In this document: positions 11,190-20,959 of the stretch, one piece after another | How positions within the stretch are numbered: position 1 is the first letter of the stretch | How the letters are laid out: every line of letters begins with the position of its first letter | Source of the DNA: Welwitschia mirabilis | Taxonomy: Eukaryota | NCBI GenBank assembly: GCA_051453625.1 | Contig: JBOZIK010000001.1 | Location: forward strand, 13,754,509 to 13,789,760 | Reading direction: 5' to 3' | Length of the DNA stretch: 35,252 nucleotides | The notes under the pieces: model-generated | Database searches by the model: none | What the model was told of the DNA's origin: nothing | What the model saw: only the letters and a program-made list of their open reading frames with translations | Program-made: the position numbers and the translations under genes

Positions 11190-11950
11190 TAAACTAGTCG
11201 AAAGGCCATATAACAAATTTTTTGAGAGTTTCTAATGCCTTGAATTCCTTACTTGATAAATCACCTAGACTAGTTCAAAATCAGCTAATTTAGAATCTTT
11301 TTCTTCTACAAATGCTTTCCTTTCATACTTATCCTCTTCTAGCTCTAACATCTTATTGTTAAGTTGCTTTTTGTAGATCTTTAAGTATTCTAAAAAGTAT
11401 CAACCTCTTAATTTGAGAAGTACTATTTTGTTATTGTCAAACATACTCTAAAGAATTAAGTTGGGCCCTTAAAGATTATAACATTTAAAGTGATTTTTGT
11501 GTATCTTTATACCTATTCTAGAGTAATTAAATCACTTCTATGATGTCTTCTTTTTTCATATATTGTTTATCCAGTAATTATGTTTAACTTCTTCATCCTT
11601 AAATTATTATATTCATTAATTAAATTGGCTAAGAATCTTTGTATTTATGTACTTTCATTTATGATGATCTTGACCCTATAATAAATTGAATGTTATCTTT
11701 AAAAAGAATGTAAAACATTCATTAGATTCATTCACTAAAGAGAAATTACAAGTCAAGAAAAGTTAGAGAGATCAGAAACTCAAAACCTTCATCTAAGCTA
11801 TTCATGTTTCTTTCGATTACTCTTCTTCATTTTTTAGAATCTAAACTTTTCCTTCCATGGATAAACATAGAAACTAGAGATGATAAGACTTGGGTTATTA
11901 ATGATTCTTCTCTACTAATGTAGAAACACTTGTAACATTATGAAAGGCGC
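11190..11950 (-). pseudogene. Decayed coding remnant with charged coiled-coil character, probably a retroelement accessory ORF
   Basis: Minus strand reads EYLKIYKKQLNNKMLELEEDKYERKAFVEEKDSKLADFE at about 11275-11390; flanks have stops and frameshifts; family not recognised. Confidence 0.35.
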
Positions 11951-12052
11951 TTCTATTTGAGTGTTGTAGTCTTTCTTATGTTTCTGTGTTCTTGGGTATA
12001 ATTATGTAACTTAAAGCACATGCTAGTTTTATTTTGTTTACTCCCAGTCATT

Positions 12053-13426
12053 TGTATAAATTTATCCAACCAAAATCTTATTTTTTCTTTAATACCAAAA
12101 TGTAACATCTAACTTTTTACAATCCAAAAATTCAAGTTATGCTCTGATACCAAATTGTAACATCCATCTTTTTATAACTTAAATATTCAGATGATATAAA
12201 ATAAATCACATGTAGCCCATACTCTTTAAGTAATTATAAGTTCTTTTTAGTAATAAATTTTCCTAATATGACCCTCTCCTTCATGATATTTTAAATATTC
12301 CATCTTTTNNNNNNNNNNNNNNNNNNNNNNNNNNNNNNNNNNNNNNNNNNNNNNNNNNNNNNNNNNNNNNNNNNNNNNNNNNNNNNNNNNNNNNNNNNNN
12401 NNNNNNNNTTCTATATAAGTGTTGTAGTCTTTCTTATGTTTTTGTATTCTTGGGTATAATTATGTAACTTAAAGCACATGAGTTTTAGTTTGTTTACTCC
12501 CTGTCATTTGTATAAATTTATCCAACCAAAATCTTTTTTTTGCTTTAATACCAAAATGTAACATCTAACTTTTTACAATTCAAAACTTCAATTTATGCTC
12601 TAATACCAAATTGTAACATTCATCTTTTTATAACTTAAATATTCAGATGATATAAAATAAATCACATGTGGCCCATACTCTTTAACTAATTATAAGTTCT
12701 CTTTAGTAATAACTTTTCCTACTATGACCCTCTCCTCCATGATATTTTAAATGTTCCATCTTTTCATAAATAAATAAAAAAAACTTATTATAAGATATGA
12801 TGAAATAATGATTAATTCAAAGTAATGGCCTAATAATTTTATTAAAATTATGGAATAGTAGTAATTCAATAAAATTAATGATCTTTGAATAATTATTTTA
12901 ACAAGTTATATTAAAGATTCTAAAATTGAATGTAGAAGTTTTTAACAATAAAATATGAAATTTATTACATTAACAATGAAAATATAAAGATTTTTAACAA
13001 GAAAATAAAAAATTATTATATTTGCTATTACTTGTTCAAGAAGGTTTAATAAAAAATATACAGGATTTAATTTGGAAATCATTCTCAAGATCACAATAAT
13101 TACATCATTGAGAAATTTAATATTCATAAAAGGACTATAAGTTTCACTCTAAAATAATTTCTTAACATAAACTAGAAATGATAATGTCTACTTTCTATGC
13201 TCTCATCGGCGATTAAGCTCTAGTTTTTCTACCTATTCACATAAGAATTTGAAGTAAGAACTATGAAAATTTCACAACTCCTAGTATGGTCTAAGCAAGG
13301 TAAGATAAATATTGAAGGATTTCAAGTCTAAAATAGCAAGGTAAGAATCAACAATTTCCAAGAAATGATGATCTTATAGAAATAATATGATAATAACTAG
13401 TTTTCTATAAATTTTTCATGTATGTA

Positions 13427-13469
<43 letters not shown>

Positions 13470-13759
13470 CAATTCTCTTCACTACTACATTCAGTAATCT
13501 ATTGAATTGATTATCTCATTTGATAATTTATGGGTTTTTCATAATATTTTTTTTATATATTCTCTTAATCCACTATCTCATTTGGTAATCTATGAAGTCC
13601 ACTGCCTAATACAATGATCTATGGTTTTATCAATCCCATTGCTTCATTTAGTGATTTATGGGTTCTCACATTCCACTACCTCATTCAGTAATATGTGAAA
13701 TAATCATATCATAAGATCACAAGAATCCAAGGTATTAGAAGAAGTATGAGTAAGATAAA
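12053..13759 (-). mobile_element. Second, inverted copy of the Met-PBS family LTR (solo or 3' LTR), cut at 13760 by a younger insertion
   Basis: Reverse complement is collinear with 9350-10555, including two PBS motifs (GCTCTGATACCA at 12141-12152 on plus). Homology stops at ...TTATACA (12053). About 11950-12308 is re-sequenced at about 12409-12764. Confidence 0.8.
13433..13466. repeat. (TA)17 microsatellite
   Basis: Uninterrupted TA run. Confidence 0.95.
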
Positions 13760-13892
13760 TGTTGCGATGTGTATTTGTGCAATGTTTCATGCTTCAATCT
13801 TAATCCTGTTAATTATAAATAAGATGCAAAATACAACACGTTAGTATAGATGGAGTGATCCGAATGTCGTAATTCCGTCGAAGGCCAATGGT
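13760..13892 (-). mobile_element. Terminal fragment of a younger Athila-family LTR (rest hidden in the N gap)
   Basis: Starts TGTTGCGATGTGTATTTGTGCAATG, collinear with LTR ends at 7030, 14584 and 29366, but retains CpGs. No PBS is adjacent. Confidence 0.82.
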
Positions 13893-14583
13893 NNNNNNNN
13901 NNNNNNNNNNNNNNNNNNNNNNNNNNNNNNNNNNNNNNNNNNNNNNNNNNNNNNNNNNNNNNNNNNNNNNNNNNNNNNNNNNNNNNNNNNNNCTTGTGTT
14001 GATGTTCTTTCTTATTTCATGGACCAATGCATAAAATTTTAAATGAAGTCTCTCTCAGTCCATAATGCTTTAATAATCCTCACTAGTTATCTAACTGTCA
14101 CTTTTATACTTTTCATTTATTTTTCATGCATTTCTTTAACAAAACCTTTTCTTTAAAGATTTTAGTTTTTCTTAATGATTTTAAATTAGATTTTTATTTT
14201 AGATTAGATATAGAATGATTATATTCATTTATAATAAAACTAGTATCACCTGATAGTGTAGTTCTCATGGGACAACTTAAGCATTATGATTTGTATAATC
14301 ATTTTCTTAAGCCTTTTCATTTAGGAAATCCTGAATTCCACTCATTTCATATAATAGCCATTACTATCTTAAACCTTATCACACACCACTTTCATCATGA
14401 CTNNNNNNNNNNNNNNNNNNNNNNNNNNNNNNNNNNNNNNNNNNNNNNNNNNNNNNNNNNNNNNNNNNNNNNNNNNNNNNNNNNNNNNNNNNNNNNNNNN
14501 NNATGACTTTATTTCATAAGGCTTTTTAATCATCCATCTTATTATATTACTATGAGCTTATGAGACTTACTAATCCTGGGTAG

Positions 14584-15677
14584 TGGTGCAGTGTGTATTT
14601 ATGCAATGCTACATCCTTAGTTGAATCCTATCAATTACAAATATATGCATAAATGCAACACACTAATATAGATGAGAGTTGACTTGAACGTTGTAATTAG
14701 TCAAAGGCCCAGGCTAGAGCAAGAAAGTTTATTTTCATAAGAAAACACTTTGTATTTTAACTATAGAAATAAATTGCAATGCATGAAAATAATAATGCCA
14801 ACACACTTGTACAAAGCTAATCTAGAAAGTTAAAAGAATAATGCACCTAAACTAATAATGTACAACATTAAAAGATTGACATCATAACCTATATCACTAA
14901 AGAAACTATTACAAAGTCTGAAGCAACATAAGCTATGAGAGTTAAAAACAAACATGCATAGGAATTAAAAAGAAATGTTTTGTATTACATCTCGAACAAC
15001 ATCCATGTCATAAAGTAGCTGCACCTCAGTGGAGGAAGCTTTACCTAATACTAAGGAAGACATCTCTCTACAACTACAAGAATGGATATCTAGCCTTTTG
15101 ATCTCCTATCCCCAGAATTGCTAGTGCAAACAAAGATAACCAAAAGTTGAGGGTGGAACTAATATTTATTAATATAAATACATAATAAAATAGATAGACA
15201 GCTATAGGTAAAACCCTAACGACCGTGATAAAAGAAATAAATAAATAAATAGTAGAAGTTAGATGAATGTCTAATGAGCCATTATAATAGTGTCATCTAA
15301 CCGGTCATCCAAATAATAAAGGAGATGATGCCACCTCATAAATGATCTATGTTATCTACCAAATTGATTATAATCAGCATTCCTATTGGAAACAATTATT
15401 CTATCATCTATATAGTCATTTGGACAATGAGGTGAATAATGGGCTTTTACAAATGTTTCATAAATGCATCAACCTCAATGTTTTATAGGAAGTTTATCTT
15501 AGGAATGTGAAGTATTAAGAATTACTATGAATACTGTAAAATGTCATGGAGATTGCATGTTTTTGTCTTTTTCATATCAGCTCTTCATTATTGTGGAAAT
15601 TGAGGATTTACTTATCTATTATCCTACAAAATCACTTATAATATCCTATCACATATGTGTAAGTTGGCAACATAATA
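14584..15677 (-). repeat. 3' LTR of Athila-like element 2 (about 1.1 kb, gap-free)
   Basis: TGGTGC...AAGTTGGCAACATAATA, collinear end to end with 29366-30988. Confidence 0.88.
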
Positions 15678-15694
15678 TAGCTCTTCACTTAGCC
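15678..15694 (-). other. Decayed polypurine tract of element 2
   Basis: Minus strand TAAGTGAAGAGCTA abutting the 3' LTR, resembling the Athila-type CTAAGTGTGGGGG PPT context with G-to-A decay. Confidence 0.5.
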
Positions 15695-16198
15695 TTGTCA
15701 TTAGCTATAAAAATAGATGGCAAACCATGTTTGCGAGCCAACTTATTTAACAATAAAAATAACTAAGATACTTAAGGAAATCATATTAGAATTTTTTTAA
15801 AAAAATCTCAGAGATACAAAATAAATCATGAGAAATCAGAAAAATTAAACATTTCACTTACTTAAAGCTTAGTGAGTTAGTCACCTAGGTCATGGTCCTG
15901 ATGATGATGGGGATAATAGGCTCAAAAAACATTTTTAAAATTAGGAACTTGTGATAGAATTTTTATTTAAATACATAATTAGTAAATGTAATAAGAAGGC
16001 CCTCATTAAATCAAACAGTAATAGAAAAAATTTTGCTAAAGTAAAATTGATCCTCATCATGTGAAAATTAAAGATAGATATAAAAATTCAAAGAAAAGTT
16101 AGTACACCATGCTAAAACAAAAATGATATTTCTATATAAAATTAGAGAGTTTTTAGTTAAAAAAATACATAAAGGGGGAGAAACAAAATAAGACAAAA

Positions 16199-17484
16199 TC
16201 ACTTCCCTTATTGACGCATGATAACTTTAGGCTCGATAGCTAGCTCAAGGGTAGGAGAAGAAGAAGAAAGATGCTTAAGATAAGTAGGGAAATAAAGGTC
16301 CAAAAATGTGGAAATAGATCTGGCCATCTCATTGCCCTAGACACATGCAACCTCTGGTAAGTTAACTATGATACTTTGTTAGATAGAAATAACATGCTGA
16401 TACATGTCAACAATATGATCCTCAAAGTGCTTAATCTTCCTCTCAATAGACAGGATCCTATACTCTAATGTCTACTGCTTCTTATTAAGTCTCTGAATCC
16501 TTTGGAAAAGTGCCTAGATACCTCTATCTATTAAACCTCTAATGGTCTTATTGGTCTCTATCAAGAGGGCCTGTATCTGCTCAAGTAAAGCCTCAACTAT
16601 AGGTCTTTATACCTGAGGCCTATCTACCTCTTCTATAACCTATATGTCCATGTCATATAGATAGTGAGATGAAGTCTGAATCTGCATTAAGTACTACTCA
16701 TCCATGGGCTCTGGTATCCCAAACTATTTAAAAGGTGCTGAGAGGAGACATTGGTAATCAAGAGTCTAAAGCTATTATGCCTTTATCATAGATCTGAGTC
16801 TCCTCTAAATAAACATGAAGAGATCCATCTGCTCCCCTTATCTAGATGCTACCAAAATCTATAAATGAGCTACCATCATGACTATTTTGAAAGAATGGAC
16901 TAATGTTATAGAGTAGTCCTCTATGTAAAACTCTATATGTGGAGATCAATTGAGTAATAAGTACCCCTCATCTATTCATAGTAAGGTTTTCTTGTATATA
17001 TAATATACCACCATATGCTTAGCACTCCTTAGTTCCACCAATTGAGTGAATATTCATGCTCCCAAGCCCATTAAGATCGATAGTCACTGTAATATGGGAT
17101 AGAAGAATTGCTATCTCATGATCCTGTATATACGTAAAAATCATATCTTGCAGCCGACCATGAGCATATGATTACCTCTCAATATGCATGCTATCATAAA
17201 ATTTCTTCATCTTTGAAATATAATATTATTCTTGTGCATATTTAATCCACCTAAGCTGGAGAACTGTGAGTCTCTGATCCACCTCCAGCTTAATATAGCT
17301 CATAAAGTCTCTAAAGTATCTCTTAACATGAATAGTGGTGGTCTGAATTATTAATGAGCATTCGTGCTGAGGTGGTAAATGTGCTGGCTTTACATGCTTT
17401 ATCTTTGATAGCACTATGGGGCCTGCCTCCTATCCTATGACTTTGACCTTAGCCTTAGCCTATTTGGATCTACATGTACAGGGC
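16199..17484 (-). pseudogene. Degenerate env-like/ORF2 protein of element 2 (plant transposon protein domain plus coiled coil)
   Basis: Located between INT and the 3' LTR. Reads LQLRWIKYAQE*YYISKMKKFYDSMHIE...IFTYIQDHEIAILLSHI, then GEQMDLFMFI*RRLRSMIK...DYQCLLSAPFK*FGIP, then heptad-like LFQRIQRLNKKQ*TLEYRILSIERKIKHFEDHI. The 5' part is re-sequenced at 18102-18430. Confidence 0.72.
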
Positions 17485-18948
17485 CTACTCAATTGAAAAC
17501 ACATAAAAGCATCATGTGAAAATGGAAAAACATGTCAAGATTATCACATGGATGCATAATAGCGATCCCTTAAAATTGATAAAAAGTATGAAAAAGAAAA
17601 TATGTCATGCCCCTTATAAAAGTTGCAATGCATTTCAAATTGCCTAAACATGAGAAAAAAATGTGAAATACGTGAAAACTTTAAAAGTTGTATTTTTAAT
17701 GGGACCCATGTGTAGTGAAAATTCGAAGTGCTCAAATAAAAAATCTAATCTAATAGAGTAATAGAACATATTAAATTGATTAAGTTTGCTTAAATGACTA
17801 CTACATTTCAACCTACAATTTGTAAGAAAATAAGTGTAAAAGATGGTAAATTTAAAAAACCTCATAAGACACACAATTATTCATAACTCAAAAAATACGT
17901 GGTGAAATTCAAACCCATAGTCCCAATTTAAAGATCATGAAAATATAAGCGATATACATGAAAAATACACATCAAAAGGCTAAAAATAAGAAAAAAATTA
18001 ANNNNNNNNNNNNNNNNNNNNNNNNNNNNNNNNNNNNNNNNNNNNNNNNNNNNNNNNNNNNNNNNNNNNNNNNNNNNNNNNNNNNNNNNNNNNNNNNNNN
18101 NGACCATGAGCATATGATTACCTCTCAATATGCATGCTATCATAAAATTTCTTCATATTGGAAATATAATATTATTCTTGTGCATATTTAATCCACTTAA
18201 GCTAGAGATCTATGAGTCTCTGATCTACCTCTAGCTCAATATAGCTCATAAAGTCTCTGAAGTATCTCTTAACATGAATAGTGGTGGTCTGAATTATTAA
18301 CAAGCATTTGTGCTAAGGTGGTGAATGTGCTGGCTTTACATGCTTTATCTTTAGCAGCACTATGGGGTCTTCCTCCTATCCTATGACTTTGGCCTTAGCC
18401 TTAGCCTATTTAGATCTACGTGAATAGGGCCTACTCAATTGGAAACACATAAAAACATCATGTGAAAATGGAAAGACATTTCAAGATTATCATATGGATG
18501 CATAATAATGATCCCTTAAAATTGATAAAACATATGAAAAAGAAAATATATCCTACTCCTTCTAAAAGTTGCAATTCATTTCAAATTGCCTAAACATGAG
18601 AAAAAAATGTAAAATACGTGAAAACTGTAAAAGTTGTATTTTCAATGGGACCCATGTGTAGTAAAAATTCGAAGTGCTCAAATAAAAAATCTAATCTAAT
18701 AGAGTAACAGAACATATTAAATTTATTAATTTTGCTTAAATGACTACTACATTTCAACCTACAATTTGTGAGAAAATAAGTGTAAAAGATGGTAAATTTA
18801 AAAAACCTCATAAGATGCACAATTATTCATAACTCAAAAAACACATGATGAAATTCAAACCCATAAGTCCCAAATTAAAGATCATGAAAATCCAAGTGAT
18901 ATACATGAAAAATACACGTTAAAAGGCTAAAAATAAGAAAAAAATTAA
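17156..18948. other. Largest gap-flanking duplication (17156-18001 versus 18102-18948), representative of many likely assembly overlaps
   Basis: The same pattern occurs around gaps at 336, 1851, 5751, 12309, 19692, 20470, 21168, 23364, 25039, 25797, 26125, 27078, 27642, 29563 and 30018. Confidence 0.9.
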
Positions 18949-20959
18949 AAAAAAGGAAAGATAAACATACCTCATTTTTGCAAATTTGGTGAAATCTCAA
19001 GAATCTAGATACAAAATCAAGTGAGACAAGATCTAGAATGCTAGCATAGTATAGAAGGATCATTGTCTCTCAAAGGAATAAGTAAAAATGATGAAGAAAT
19101 AAGAAAAAATAAGGGAAAATGATTTGGACCATAGTTATATCTCATTGTCGTCTAGTCGCATCATCTAGATGATAGCCCTAAGATGACTCTTAGAAAAAAT
19201 CATGCTGTCATCCTCCCAGTGTTATCTGGATGACTAAGTAGACAATAGGATAAAGTTTTACAAAAATAAAGATATCAGATAACAAACTAAGGCTTGTATA
19301 TGATCATCTAAGTATCAAATTTTAATAGAAAAACTCAAAAAAACAAAAAAGAGAAAGAAAACCAGGAAAATTAAGAGAAAAAGGAAAAAAATCATAAAAG
19401 AAAAACTATGGCTAAGGAAAACAAACTAACTAAGTTAGAACTTGATAGTAAAAGCTATGTGAATGTGCCTAAATATAAAAAGGAAAACAAGGTAAACTCA
19501 AAACTTCATAAGCTACAAGGAAACTCATGAAAACTATGAAAATAGAAAAGATGTTCTTTTGAATTCAATGTTAACTATAAAATGATATGAACATAAAAGA
19601 ATAGTAAGAAAACTACTAAACGTTAAGGCCCTATGTAAGAATTAGAAAATGCATAAATGACTTTAAAATAACAAACTTAAAAACCAAAGAANNNNNNNNN
19701 NNNNNNNNNNNNNNNNNNNNNNNNNNNNNNNNNNNNNNNNNNNNNNNNNNNNNNNNNNNNNNNNNNNNNNNNNNNNNNNNNNNNNNNNNNNAACAAACTT
19801 AAAAACCAAAGAAACATAAAATAAAAATGGACACAAGGAATAATGAGAAGATTGCTTACCTATCCTAAGTACTAACATAGAAACTTCCAAGGAAGACATT
19901 ATAAAGCCACCTAAGTAAATATGCATGAAAAAATGTATAAACTTCATAAACTTCCATTTTAAAAGATAGTGGTTATGACAATATTAAAACTCAAATGCTT
20001 AGATTAATTAATGTTAAGATTAAAGACTACTTATAAATGAACTCACTTACTCTCATTTCATTAATACACCTGAAAAGTGAAATAACCAAGTGGGAATACT
20101 AAGAGTCTAGAAAATAAGTAATACTTCTAATAACACCAAAAACACCATTCATCCTATAGTTTTAAAGTTTATTACAACTTTTTCCATGATGAGGGGAGTG
20201 CAACTATAGTTAAAGGAGTAAGTCCCCATGAAGCATGGTCAACTGACCCCTAGTGGAGTTTCCACAGCTACCAACAGTGCTAAAGGTTCCTATCGGAAAC
20301 ATTTACCATGGTATGGTAGAACATCATGGTGATCATGTATTTTTTTAAGCATAAAATATAATAGATTATGATCATTATTTTTTTCTTTTTTTGTATTTTT
20401 GTTGGAAAAAAAATTATCATATGATTACAAACTCAAAAAGACAAAGTTAAATAAGTAAGTAAGATAAAANNNNNNNNNNNNNNNNNNNNNNNNNNNNNNN
20501 NNNNNNNNNNNNNNNNNNNNNNNNNNNNNNNNNNNNNNNNNNNNNNNNNNNNNNNNNNNNNNNNNNNNNTATGATCATTAATTTTTTCTTTTTTTGTCTT
20601 TTTTTGGGAAAAAATTATCATATGATTACAAACTCAAAAATACAAAGTTAAATAAGTAAGTAAGATAAAAGATAGAAAAGAACACTTCTAAATAACCAAA
20701 GATCTTAACATCATTAGGAAAAAAGCATAATAACTAAGGCATCTTACTTCAAAGTGAAGTCCATAGATATGAGAATGTCTCAATATTGGATGAATCCAAT
20801 CTTAACATTATAAAATACCCAATTACAAACACTAGTCATGAAACTTCATAAAGTAATACAAAATTCAAGTTTAAAAGATGATCAGATGACATCACAACAT
20901 CTACCAAAGAAATAAGTTAAGAAAGAACTCATATAATGATAGAAAGAAAGGCGTCTTTA

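Noticed and set aside
14574-14590. TCCTGGGTAGTGGTGCA resembles an Athila PBS beside the left LTR of element 2
   Set aside because: It overlaps the LTR start itself, the flank lacks the leader seen beside the true PBSs, and the PPT and ORF2 on the other side mark this as the 3' LTR.
20184-20240. Hammerhead ribozyme core (CATGATGAG...TGAAGC)
   Set aside because: It lacks exact CTGATGA and GAAAC cores, and I could not build stems I and III.
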